Positions 18,516 through 28,177 of a DNA stretch of 32,000 bases are shown piece by piece. Both the position numbers and the translations under genes were made by a program. The notes under the pieces were generated by a model that did no database searches, was not told the DNA's origin, and saw nothing but the letters and a program-made list of their open reading frames with translations. The first letter of the stretch is position 1. Every line of letters begins with the position of its first letter. This DNA is from an uncultured archaeon (GTDB taxonomy: Archaea; Asgardarchaeota; Jordiarchaeia; Jordiarchaeales; Jordiarchaeaceae): assembly GCA_964510585.1 (NCBI GenBank), contig CAZECW010000146.1, positions 1-32,000 on the forward strand. Direction: 5' to 3'.

Positions 18516-18743
18516 ATGGCGAAGAGAAAAGATGAATCAATGTGTAGTGTAACATCCTGCGGCGAAAAGGCGAAGCGCTCATTCTCACTCAAGAGCATTC
18601 AGAGCGCACTTGTGAAGAGCGGCATCAATATTGAGGGGACTCCCAAGAGAGTTCATCTCTGCGACAAACACTACAAAGCAATTAAAAAGGAGTTAAAAAG
18701 GGAGAAAAAAACAGAACTAATGAGACACGGCCTACCCTTTTAA
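18516..18743 (+). CDS. Small basic C2CH zinc-finger-like protein
   Basis: CSVTSC...HLCDKHY plus a Lys-rich C-terminal helix; ATG at 18516. Confidence 0.7.
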   Translation: MAKRKDESMCSVTSCGEKAKRSFSLKSIQSALVKSGINIEGTPKRVHLCDKHYKAIKKELKREKKTELMRHGLPF

Positions 18744-18756
18744 CTCATAAAGTTTT

Positions 18757-20367
18757 TCACTCCCACTCCACGGTTGAGGGCGGTTTGTTTGTTATATCGT
18801 AGACCACCCTATTTATTCCCCTAACCTCATTCACTATTCGGGAGGAAATTCTTTCCAACAGGTCCCAGTCAAGTTTCGCAAAGTTTGCGGTCATGGCATC
18901 CTCACTCTCCACAGCTCTCACCGCTATAACATTCTCGTAGGTTCTCGCATCTCCCATTACTCCCACAGTTTTTACGGGCAGAAGAACTGCAAAATATTGC
19001 CAGAGTCTACTTTTAAAAGGGGATTTCTGAATTTCCTCCTGTATGATGGCGTCGGCCTCACGAAGGATACCCAGTTTCTGTTCTGTAACCTCACCTACTA
19101 TTCTCACAGCTAAACTGGGTCCGGGGAAAGGCTGCCTCCAAATTACATCGTCCGCGAGTCCTAGAAGTTTGCCCACTTTTCTAACCTCATCCTTGTAAAG
19201 GTATGCTAGAGGTTCAACCAGTTTAAGAGTCATACCCTGAGGGAGAGTTACGTTGTGGTGAGACTTTATTTTTGAAGCCGATTTGCTGGTTGCCGCAGAC
19301 TCCACCCGGTCAGGATAAATTGTCCCCTGACCCAGAAATTCGAATTTTCCATAGGCTCCCTCAAGTTCTCTGGCTTTGGCCTCAAAAATTCTTATGAATT
19401 GGTCAGCAATTATTTTGCGTTTATCCTCGGGGTCAATCACTCCCTTTAGCCTCTCAAGAAATGTTTCTCCAGCGTCCACAAAATGAATGTGCTCAAAGTT
19501 CAATCTTTTAAATCCCTCAACGACTTCCTTAGCTTCATTTTTTCTAAGAAGTCCATTATTAACAAATACACAGTGCAGGTTTTCTCCCACCGCCTCATGT
19601 ATTAGAACCGCTGCAACTGTGGAATCAACTCCTCCACTTACCGCCATTATAACCCTAGCGTCCCCAATAGTTTTCCTAATGTTCTGTATTGTTTCCTTTA
19701 CCCAGTCATCCATTCTCCAAGTGGGCCTACTTCCACATATTCCCTCCACAAAGTTCCGCAGAATCCTGCTCCCCTTGGCTGTGTGGTGCACCTCTATGTG
19801 GAATTGAACACCAAAAATATTATCCTTGACGTTTCGATACGCCGCTATGGCACAGTTATCGGTGTGTCCAATTTTCTCAAATCCTGAAGGTAAGAGTGAT
19901 ACTTGGTCTTCATGGCTCATCCAGACCACTTCAGTATCTTCTAAACCTTGGAAAAGATCCTCCCTATTTTCAACGCGGAGAACCGATTTTCCATACTCCC
20001 CCACACTTCTATTCACTTTACCCCCCAAAATATGGACTATTAGTTGATGACCATAACATATTCCCAAAATTGGAATTCCCCTCCTCTTACACCAAGCAAA
20101 GAATTCTCTACCAATAAGGGGACTACCCTCACTGTATACACTGCTTGGACCACCAGAAAAAATAACTCCTTTAAGCTTGGGAATTTTTTCCAACTCATCT
20201 ATGGATACATCATAGGGGTAAATCTCTGAATATACTCCTAGTTCACGAATTCTTCTGGAAATGAGATGAGTGTACTGGCCACCGAAATCTAATACTATTA
20301 TGGTGTCCCGCTCCAATGTAAAGCCACACTTCCATAAATTAGACATATATTTTGAGTTGAGTATCAC
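18757..20367 (-). CDS. guaA: GMP synthase (glutamine-hydrolysing), fused GATase + synthetase
   Basis: VLDFGGQY, ILGICYGHQ, VQFHIEV, AVSGGVDS, QGTIYPD, IKSHHNV, PFPGPSLAVR, ITNKPPSTVEWE. True start may be the TTG at 20316. Confidence 0.97.
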   Translation of the reverse strand: MILNSKYMSNLWKCGFTLERDTIIVLDFGGQYTHLISRRIRELGVYSEIYPYDVSIDELEKIPKLKGVIFSGGPSSVYSEGSPLIGREFFAWCKRRGIPILGICYGHQLIVHILGGKVNRSVGEYGKSVLRVENREDLFQGLEDTEVVWMSHEDQVSLLPSGFEKIGHTDNCAIAAYRNVKDNIFGVQFHIEVHHTAKGSRILRNFVEGICGSRPTWRMDDWVKETIQNIRKTIGDARVIMAVSGGVDSTVAAVLIHEAVGENLHCVFVNNGLLRKNEAKEVVEGFKRLNFEHIHFVDAGETFLERLKGVIDPEDKRKIIADQFIRIFEAKARELEGAYGKFEFLGQGTIYPDRVESAATSKSASKIKSHHNVTLPQGMTLKLVEPLAYLYKDEVRKVGKLLGLADDVIWRQPFPGPSLAVRIVGEVTEQKLGILREADAIIQEEIQKSPFKSRLWQYFAVLLPVKTVGVMGDARTYENVIAVRAVESEDAMTANFAKLDWDLLERISSRIVNEVRGINRVVYDITNKPPSTVEWE

Positions 20368-20476
20368 TAATCCAAGAAAAGGCTTTTAATCTTATTCTAG
20401 TTAAAAAAGATATTTTTATATTGTTCCTTTTAGTGAATATAAAGGGTACTAAGTGTAAGTAGGAGGAGAGAATACT

Positions 20477-20998
20477 GTGGATGTTTTTGAGGCTATTAAA
20501 ACAAGGAGAAGCATCCGACGTTATAAGTCAGAAAATGTTTCTGAGGAGCAAGTCAAAAAACTGTTGGAAGCGGCAATCATGGCTCCCTCGGGAGGAAACA
20601 TGCAACCTTGGGATTTCATTATCGTTAGGGACGAGACGCAAAAGAAGGCTCTAGCCAGAGCCGCTCTGGGACAAATGTTCATTGCCAGCGCCCCCGTAGT
20701 CATAGTAGTTTGCGCAAATAAGCCTCGAACCGCTAAAAGATATGGTGATAGAGGAGCAGAGTTTTACTGCCTTCAGGACACAGCGGCAGCAACGCAAAAC
20801 ATACTGCTAGCTGCTACAGCTATGGGATTAGCAGGATGCTGGGTGGGCGCCTTTAATGATGAAGCAGTGTCCCACGTTTTAAAACTTCCCGAATACATAA
20901 GACCAGTTGTAATACTGCCCATTGGCTTCCCCGCAGAATCTCCAAAAGCGCCTCCACGCATACCGCTAGATGAACTTATACATTACGATAGGTGGTGA
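20477..20998 (+). CDS. Nitroreductase-family flavoprotein
   Basis: RRSIRRY, APSGGNMQPW, QNILLAATAMGLAGCWVG, PIGFP. Confidence 0.93.
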   Translation: MDVFEAIKTRRSIRRYKSENVSEEQVKKLLEAAIMAPSGGNMQPWDFIIVRDETQKKALARAALGQMFIASAPVVIVVCANKPRTAKRYGDRGAEFYCLQDTAAATQNILLAATAMGLAGCWVGAFNDEAVSHVLKLPEYIRPVVILPIGFPAESPKAPPRIPLDELIHYDRW

Positions 20999-21025
20999 CA
21001 GACCCTCAACTTTCAAGTGGTGGAG

Positions 21026-21418
21026 CTATTTTAGCATTCCATACTCCCTTAGAAAATTTTTGTCTGAGTCTGAAACATTGCTTCCAAGAAAGTTTGTTCC
21101 CTCCACTGTGAGTTCTATTACAGTGTATCCATTCTGTGATGAGAATATTTTTACAAATCCTTTCTCCTTAAGTTTTTTTAGTGAGGATAAAATTAGTTGT
21201 TCTAGCTGGGAATCTTTAAATGCAAGGCTTCCATCTGGCTTGTGAAAGTCGGGAATTCGCCTCAAAGTTTTCTGAAGAGAGGTTAGTGAGCGTTTTCCGG
21301 AATCTGAGGGGTTGGAATAAAGCCACAAAAGAATTAGCCAGTCAATAAAGGAGAGACTGGAATCAACCCCTAATAGTTTGCGGGCGATGATGCTAATCGA
21401 AGGCATAACGAGCACCAA
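21026..21418 (-). CDS. Winged helix-turn-helix (MarR-like) protein
   Basis: LSFIDWLILLWLY...SLKKLKEKGFVKI...IELTVEG wing pattern; exact start uncertain. Confidence 0.6.
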   Translation of the reverse strand: MVLVMPSISIIARKLLGVDSSLSFIDWLILLWLYSNPSDSGKRSLTSLQKTLRRIPDFHKPDGSLAFKDSQLEQLILSSLKKLKEKGFVKIFSSQNGYTVIELTVEGTNFLGSNVSDSDKNFLREYGMLK

Positions 21419-21484
21419 GAAAAATACCGCAAAAAATCAACCATAAACCTTTTGGTTAACGCTCTGGAAATTTATTCTGGAAGT

Positions 21485-22405
21485 TTAGGTCTCTTTGGGC
21501 ACCAATTTGGCAATTATGGGTTCCACTGGTATTCTGTGCATTTTGAAGCCTAGTTTTTTGGGCTCCGCTCCCATAAGTAGAGCCAACAGTTGGGATAGGT
21601 GTATTACGGGAATTGGGTTTTCCAGCATTTCAACATCTAGAAGGTTTCCCTGATACTTGTCCAAAACATTAAGACAGTAGGGGCATATGACCACTATAGC
21701 CTCCGCATAGGCGTCTGACAGGCTATCGAGCTTCTTCTGAGTAACAGCGTAGGAAATGGTTTTGTGTACTGTTTGCTGTATTCCTCCAAACCCACAGCAC
21801 AAAGTTTTTTCAGTGTACTCTACAGGGATTCCACCCAGTTTCCCAACCATTTCCTCTATGAATGAGGGATTTTCCACACTGTCTAATCCCTTTTTTCCAT
21901 TAACATGTGAATAGTGGCAACCGTAGTGTACCGCCATTCTTAGTTCTCCGAGGCTAAAAGTTATCTTTTGTAGTATTTCATTCATTTTCTTGTAAAAGAA
22001 GTCTGCTATGTGAATAACTTCCACTTTTTCAAATTTTTTCCCAATCTTCTTGAGAATCTTGTCCGTCTGGAATTTTATCTGAGGATCCTCCATTAAGGCC
22101 TCAGCCACATAGAAGGAGGAATAGCATCCATTACAATCCGTGATAACGTAAGGCGTTTTTTCAAATATAATGCTGGAGTTTCTTCCCACGAGACAAGTGA
22201 GCACAGTATCAGCATTTAAAGAGCTAAATTCAGGGGTTCCGCAGCAGGTCTGATCATCACTCACCGCATAGTTAACACCCAACTTTTCAAGCACAAATCT
22301 GGTGGCTGACTCAATCCCGGGATAAAAATTATTTATAAAACAACCCCTAAAATAGAAAAAGACACCATTACCAGGAATCCTTTCCAATCTTTGCACATTC
22401 ACCAA
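21485..22405 (-). CDS. hdrB: Heterodisulfide reductase subunit B
   Basis: Two CCG domains: GC...TCCG...CNGC and YGCH...CCG...CPYC; HLSQLLALLMG. Confidence 0.92.
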   Translation of the reverse strand: MVNVQRLERIPGNGVFFYFRGCFINNFYPGIESATRFVLEKLGVNYAVSDDQTCCGTPEFSSLNADTVLTCLVGRNSSIIFEKTPYVITDCNGCYSSFYVAEALMEDPQIKFQTDKILKKIGKKFEKVEVIHIADFFYKKMNEILQKITFSLGELRMAVHYGCHYSHVNGKKGLDSVENPSFIEEMVGKLGGIPVEYTEKTLCCGFGGIQQTVHKTISYAVTQKKLDSLSDAYAEAIVVICPYCLNVLDKYQGNLLDVEMLENPIPVIHLSQLLALLMGAEPKKLGFKMHRIPVEPIIAKLVPKET

Positions 22406-22418
22406 TCAACAATCCCCC

Positions 22419-23024
22419 TTAATAGTTTTCTGAACACTCCCTTGCTTGCTTCACACTCTCATTCAACTTCTCCAACCCCTCTCTAAACCCTGTCTCCTTC
22501 AAAATAACTTTTAACTCCTCCATAGCCCTACCTGAAACCTCATATTTCTCAGGCAGACCCATCTCCAGCCGCATCTCAGCCAACTCCCTCTCCGCCTTTT
22601 TAGGATCCAGCCTAGCATAATCCCGGGGACTAATCGACAACCCACTTTCCAATAGATTCCTACCCACACCACTCAAGATTTCCACCAAATCCCAACCATA
22701 GCCCCTCTCCAAAGCCATCCTCCTCAGCCGAGAAATAATGTAAGGTATCCCTATTCTCCAAGGACACTTATTCATACAGAAGAAGCATTGAAAACAGTAC
22801 CAAACCTCCTTGCTGCTTAGAACCTTCTCTTCCTCACCTAGCGCCACATCATAAATAATTTTTCTAAAATTAAAACTGGAATTCCTACTAGCTACACAAT
22901 CTCCAACACAGGCCCCGCAAGAGAAACAGCATTCTATTTTTTTGCTATCTAGCCCTGCTACTCTGTCGAAGAATTTCCAACTCCATTTTCCTGAGGATAA
23001 TGCCGTGTTTCCGTTTGTTGTCAC
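22419..23024 (-). CDS. hdrC: Heterodisulfide reductase subunit C
   Basis: CFSCGACVGDC and WYCFQCFFCMNKCP clusters; LRRMALERG. Confidence 0.9.
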   Translation of the reverse strand: MTTNGNTALSSGKWSWKFFDRVAGLDSKKIECCFSCGACVGDCVASRNSSFNFRKIIYDVALGEEEKVLSSKEVWYCFQCFFCMNKCPWRIGIPYIISRLRRMALERGYGWDLVEILSGVGRNLLESGLSISPRDYARLDPKKAERELAEMRLEMGLPEKYEVSGRAMEELKVILKETGFREGLEKLNESVKQARECSENY

Positions 23025-24364
23025 TGAGCTACCTCCAGTTCCTTCTTCAAACGTTCTATGACCTTTTCTGTTTTGCCCTTCTCTGTGAGCATTCTTGTGC
23101 TCTTCTCCTTAAGGAAGTCTCTGGCCTTTTTTATACGCTGAGATAGTTTTTCCCTCATCTCCTCTGTCAGCTCTGGAACCTGCAGCTCGGGGATGGTGGG
23201 TTCTTCCTCCTCTATCTTTTCAATTTTCACTATGCGTATTTTGGGCATCTTTTCGGCTTTACCCACCAGTTTCAAGAATGTTTGTTCCCACATTCTGCTC
23301 CAAGGGGTTTCATTCGGCTTTGTGTATCGAACATCCTTTCTTATGACTTCTATTATTTTTTCTGGGCAGGCATTTTGACAGGCTCCACAGAAACCACAGA
23401 AATCTTGGTTGAAGGCTATCTTGTCAAATTTCTCCTTCTCTTCCATAGTTTCAGGGATAAACCACACCTTCGAGGGGCAAATGTTTAGACAGGCTTTACA
23501 GCCCACAGGGTCGCATTTCTCTGGGTGGTGTAGGCGAATTTCTCCCTCAAAGGCCTTTGTGACCCGTATCGCGTCTCTTGGACAAGCGGCTTTACACCAA
23601 CCACAGGTTAAACACTTCTCCCTATCTATTCTTATTTCCCCAGACCACTCTAAATCTTTTATTTCCCTATCAACCTCGGTTTTACAATTAACTTTGATTG
23701 CTTTGTCTGGACATATTTTTTCGCAGAGCCCACAGTAGTCGCACTCATCCTCCACCACTCTGATATCATATCCGGGAGCAGGATTATTTGGGGTTACATC
23801 TCTCCAGCTAATCTCTATAGCTTTGCAAAGCCTTTCACAGAGTCCACAGTAGGTACATTTTTCTTTGTCTATTGTAATCTCTCCCTCTATTTTACCCGGC
23901 TCCTTCCCGTAGATAACCAAGTCCTCCTTTTTGGGAACCTTAAGATCAGCAGTAATAGACTTATTGGGGCAAGCATGTTCACACAAAACGCAAGGAATAC
24001 ACTTCTCCTTGTCTATTTCAATGTCCTTTAGAAACTGGGGATAGTCAGGATTTTCTTGAATGTACTGGTCATCCATTTTAAGCTTCATAGCCTTTGTTAG
24101 GCAAACCGCAGAGCACAAACCGCAGTAGGAGCACTTGTTCTGATCAACCATCACTTTGGGAGCATCTATCTCCCCCATTGCAATCTCAGGTATTGGCCCC
24201 AGCTCTATGGCATCACAGGGGCAGACCAATTTGCACAAGCCGCAACCCGAACATCTTGAAGCGTCATAGTCCAGTGTTTTCTTCAGCTTCTCAGTATTCC
24301 ATTTAAAAATTAGTCTGTCGTCCTGCACATCCATTGTAATTTCCAATTCTACACGATCACTCAA
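23021..24364 (-). CDS. fwdF: FwdF-like polyferredoxin (8 x [4Fe-4S])
   Basis: Eight CxxCxxCxxxC-type motifs. The GPIPEIAMGEIDAPK segment resembles FwdF. Its TGA overlaps the hdrC GTG (GTGA). Confidence 0.75.
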   Translation of the reverse strand: MSDRVELEITMDVQDDRLIFKWNTEKLKKTLDYDASRCSGCGLCKLVCPCDAIELGPIPEIAMGEIDAPKVMVDQNKCSYCGLCSAVCLTKAMKLKMDDQYIQENPDYPQFLKDIEIDKEKCIPCVLCEHACPNKSITADLKVPKKEDLVIYGKEPGKIEGEITIDKEKCTYCGLCERLCKAIEISWRDVTPNNPAPGYDIRVVEDECDYCGLCEKICPDKAIKVNCKTEVDREIKDLEWSGEIRIDREKCLTCGWCKAACPRDAIRVTKAFEGEIRLHHPEKCDPVGCKACLNICPSKVWFIPETMEEKEKFDKIAFNQDFCGFCGACQNACPEKIIEVIRKDVRYTKPNETPWSRMWEQTFLKLVGKAEKMPKIRIVKIEKIEEEEPTIPELQVPELTEEMREKLSQRIKKARDFLKEKSTRMLTEKGKTEKVIERLKKELEVAQ

Positions 24365-24376
24365 AATAAATCCTCC

Positions 24377-26743
24377 TTATGTGGTCTTTTCAAAAAGCTC
24401 CGCTCCAATTGTGGGTAGGCTACGCAGCTCCTCAGTGAACTCCTTTATCACCATGGCAAACTTTTTACCCTCCGACGCTGAAGCGCTTTCCAGCCGCAGT
24501 CTTCTAGGATTAATTCCAATGGATTTAAGCATCTCACTCAGAACCTCCACTCTACGCTGGGTTTTCAGAAAACCTGTCCGGAAGTGGCAGTCCTGAGGGT
24601 AGCAGCCCATTATGAGTACTCCATCTGCGCCCTTTTCAAAAGACTCAAGTACAAACTGGGGATTCACCCTCCCGCTGCACATAACCCATATGGGACGCAC
24701 ATTAGTGGGATACCTTATCTTGTTAAGCCCCGCGGTATCTGCAGCCTCATAAGCACAATAATTGCACAGAAATGCTACTATAAGTGGATACTCCTTTTTA
24801 TCCTTCAAGGCGGCATCTATCTGACCCAGTATCTGTGCATCTGTAGATATGGGAATCTGTAGTGCCCCCGACGGACAAGCCGCAGCACAAGCACCACAAC
24901 CCTCACAACCAGCAGCGCTTATACTCACTCCCTCTTTGTCAATGGAGATTACCCCCCTATCACAAGTCGTGGCACATATGCCACATTTGAAACACTCTTC
25001 AGGATCCAAAACTGGAACGTAGGGTTCAATTTCCACCTCTCCCTTTGAAAGCAAAACGGCAACCTTAGCCGCCACTGCCCCGGCTTGAGAAACGCTGTCT
25101 TGGATATCCTTAGGGCTCTGAGCGCACCCTGCAACGTAGATTCCAGATATTTGGGTCTCAACCGGTCTCAGCTTGGGGTGGCGTTCAAGGATGAACCCGT
25201 CACTACTTAGGGGAACCCCAATTTTTGACAGAAGCTTCTCCTGATCCTTTGGAGGCGATAAGCCCACGGAGAGAACCACAAGATCTGCTTCCACCTCCAC
25301 AGGCCGCCCCATCAATGTGTCTTCTGCCCTCACTATGAGATTCTTACTTTTTGGGTTCTCTATTATTTTGCTAACCCTTCCTCTAATGAATCGAATCCGA
25401 TACTCACTTATAGCATCATTGTAAGCCTCCTCGAATCCCTTACCAAAAGTCCTGATATCTTGATAAAAGACGTATACCTCGGAATCAGGAATGTGATCCT
25501 TTACTTCTTTGGCTTCCTTCACCGCGTAGGTACAACACACCCGAGAGCAGTAAGGTTTACCGATACTCTCATCCCTAGAACCCACACACTGAACAAAAAC
25601 AACCCTTTTGGGAGGCACGCCGTCTGAGGGTCTAACAACGGCTCCCATGGTGGGTCCTGAGGCGCAAAACATCCTCTCCAGTTCTAGACTGGTGACCACA
25701 TTATCGAACCTTCCATATCCATAATTGTCCTTAACTGTGGGGTCAAAGGTGTCAAAGCCAGTAGCGAGTATTATCGCTCCAAAATTGTTCTCAATTATCT
25801 CCTCCTTCTGGTTCAGATCTACTGCTTCCCGATTACAAACTCCTTCACAGCTTCGGCAACCAATGCAATGCTCCGGATCAATGGTGTAAACTGTTGGGGT
25901 AGCCTGAGGGAAGGGCATATATACAGCTTTTCTCATTCCCAGTCCACAGTCAAACTCGTTGGGAACCTCAATTGGGCAGTAGTCGGCGCAGATGCCACAA
26001 CCCGTGCATTCCTCCTCCTTTATGTATCTTGGCTTCTTCCTTATTTTCACCTTGAAGTTGCCTATCCAGCCTGATACGCTTTCTACTTCGGCGTAAGTTA
26101 TTAACTTGATTTTGGGGTGTCTGTTGGCTTCCACCATTAGGGGTGCCAGTATACATATGCTGCAGTCGTGGTAGGGAAAGACCTTGTCCAACTGGGCCAT
26201 ATGGCCTCCAATACTGGGATTTTTTTCAACCAGGTATACTTCATATCCCATGTCCGCGAGGTTTAGAGAGGCGGTTATTCCTGTAACTCCTCCCCCTATG
26301 ACCAGAACTCTCCTCTCCACGGGTACGGTGTGTATGGGTTGGGGTTGCATTAGTCGCGCCCGCTCAATAGCCATTTTTATGAGGTCTTCTGCCTTTTTCG
26401 TGGCTCTTATGTTGTCTCCTCTATGAACCCAAGAGCACTGTTCCCTTATGTTGGCTATGACTAACAGATACTTGTTGAGACCAGCTTCCTCTACGGCTTC
26501 ACGGAATAGTTTTTCGTGAAGTTTGGGTGTGCAGGACGCCACAACTACCCTTTCCAGTTTTTCTTCCCTAATTTTATCAATAATTAGTTTAAGGCCGGGG
26601 TCAGAACACATGTAGGTATAATCTTCAACATGAACGTTTGACAATTTTTTGAGAGATTCAACGAGACTGGGCACATCAACTACACCAGCAATGTTTGAGC
26701 CACAGTGACATATGAAAACTCCAACCCGGGGAACTTCAACCAT
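24377..26743 (-). CDS. hdrA: Heterodisulfide reductase subunit A fused to an MvhD domain
   Basis: GVFICHCG, CTPKLHE, NIREQCSWVH, IGGGVTG, DCSICIL, CVGSRD, YCSRVCC. C-terminal MvhD: FLCNYCAY, CSGRV, GCYPQDCHF. Confidence 0.95.
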   Translation of the reverse strand: MVEVPRVGVFICHCGSNIAGVVDVPSLVESLKKLSNVHVEDYTYMCSDPGLKLIIDKIREEKLERVVVASCTPKLHEKLFREAVEEAGLNKYLLVIANIREQCSWVHRGDNIRATKKAEDLIKMAIERARLMQPQPIHTVPVERRVLVIGGGVTGITASLNLADMGYEVYLVEKNPSIGGHMAQLDKVFPYHDCSICILAPLMVEANRHPKIKLITYAEVESVSGWIGNFKVKIRKKPRYIKEEECTGCGICADYCPIEVPNEFDCGLGMRKAVYMPFPQATPTVYTIDPEHCIGCRSCEGVCNREAVDLNQKEEIIENNFGAIILATGFDTFDPTVKDNYGYGRFDNVVTSLELERMFCASGPTMGAVVRPSDGVPPKRVVFVQCVGSRDESIGKPYCSRVCCTYAVKEAKEVKDHIPDSEVYVFYQDIRTFGKGFEEAYNDAISEYRIRFIRGRVSKIIENPKSKNLIVRAEDTLMGRPVEVEADLVVLSVGLSPPKDQEKLLSKIGVPLSSDGFILERHPKLRPVETQISGIYVAGCAQSPKDIQDSVSQAGAVAAKVAVLLSKGEVEIEPYVPVLDPEECFKCGICATTCDRGVISIDKEGVSISAAGCEGCGACAAACPSGALQIPISTDAQILGQIDAALKDKKEYPLIVAFLCNYCAYEAADTAGLNKIRYPTNVRPIWVMCSGRVNPQFVLESFEKGADGVLIMGCYPQDCHFRTGFLKTQRRVEVLSEMLKSIGINPRRLRLESASASEGKKFAMVIKEFTEELRSLPTIGAELFEKTT

Positions 26744-27040
26744 TACTCTTTACACCTTCTCATATTGAGGGAACAGTGCCCAGAAAAAATAAGCCCGCAA
26801 ACCCAACATTCTTCCAAGGAACGGTGACTCATCACATTTATAAATTTTCCACCAAAATTATCCGCCCAATAAAACTTCAACGGGCAAAAACCCAGAATGT
26901 TACATTAGCCAAGATTTAAAGTATGCAGACTGATTCAAAAAATATTTTTATTACTAAAATGTGGGAAGAGAAATTCACGTGTTCCAAGTTATTATTAGCT
27001 GCGTTCAGAAATTGCAAATTTTGGGGGTTACTTTTAATTC

Positions 27041-27472
27041 TTATTCCTTGATTTTTCTCAGCACTAAACAGTTCTCTATATCTATTATTCCTTTTATGCC
27101 TCTAACCTTTTCTATGAAATCGTTGAGTTCAGAGAGACTGTTGACATTAACTTTCATGATTAAGCCGCATCCCCTCGTCAAAAGGTGTGCTTCCTCCACT
27201 TCTTTAAATTCGGCAAGCCTATCCACTATTTCGTTCAATCTGTGTGTCGCTGGTTGCACCGTCACAATTGAGGTTATCCTATTCTCAAATGGTTCCGGGT
27301 TCAGTACCACTGTAAACTTTTTAATTATGCCCTTATCAACCAATCTTTGAATCCTTTTTCTGACGGTGGCAATGCTCAGGTTAAGCTCCTCAGCAATATC
27401 TTTAATCGGTTTTCTACTATCCTCTGAGAGTATCCTAATCAGCTTTTCGTCTACATCATCCAGCTTTATCAT
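27041..27472 (-). CDS. Lrp/AsnC-family transcriptional regulator
   Basis: LDDVDEKLIRIL...IAEELNLSIATVRKRIQRL...GIIKKF HTH plus RAM domain. Confidence 0.92.
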   Translation of the reverse strand: MIKLDDVDEKLIRILSEDSRKPIKDIAEELNLSIATVRKRIQRLVDKGIIKKFTVVLNPEPFENRITSIVTVQPATHRLNEIVDRLAEFKEVEEAHLLTRGCGLIMKVNVNSLSELNDFIEKVRGIKGIIDIENCLVLRKIKE

Positions 27473-27733
27473 TGCCTGAAAACCTCGTTTTTAAATTTAA
27501 TATAGGTAACTCAAAGTGTTTGGTTCCAGTTCCGGCATTTAGAATAAATTTAAGACTAACATTTAAGATAATATCCCCTCTGTTTTAGATTTCGGCCAGG
27601 TCTAAGGCTTATAATTGTAAATCTATATAGGCTTACCCAAATTTTGGAGGTGCTTTTCCATAGCAATAGTATTTTTAGTAAGAAAAATTAAGCATTTTAT
27701 TGCATAGTTTTGTCCAGTGTGGGGCGAGGGGTA

Positions 27734-28177
27734 CTAAATCAGAGATCTTTTTAACTCTTTGAGTGCTATACAGCTTTCAAGGGCTGTTATCGCTGGTTCT
27801 CTTTGCAATTTTTCTAGGAATGCATTTAGGCTTGATAAATCCTTTACCACGACTTTCATGTTTACGCCACACTTGCCTGACATGGAATAAGCTTCCACGA
27901 CTTCAGGCAATTCTTTAACGAGTTCTTCTACTTCTCTCTCCCTCTGGTTCTGGGGGTAGGCTACAACATAAGCTATTATTGATTTTCCGCTTCTCTCGGG
28001 GTTAAGTGCCACCGTAAACCTTTCAATAACCTTGTCTTCGACCAATTTTTTTACTCTTTTCCTCACGGTAGACTCTGTTACCCCTAGCTCATCAGCGATT
28101 TCTCTGTATGGTCTTCTGGAATCCTTAATTAGCATTTCCACTATTTTCTTATTAATTGTATCCAGCTCCATTACCAT
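27734..28177 (-). CDS. Lrp/AsnC-family transcriptional regulator
   Basis: LDTINKKIVEML...IADELGVTESTVRKRVKKL HTH plus RAM domain; GGAGG upstream. Confidence 0.92.
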   Translation of the reverse strand: MVMELDTINKKIVEMLIKDSRRPYREIADELGVTESTVRKRVKKLVEDKVIERFTVALNPERSGKSIIAYVVAYPQNQREREVEELVKELPEVVEAYSMSGKCGVNMKVVVKDLSSLNAFLEKLQREPAITALESCIALKELKRSLI

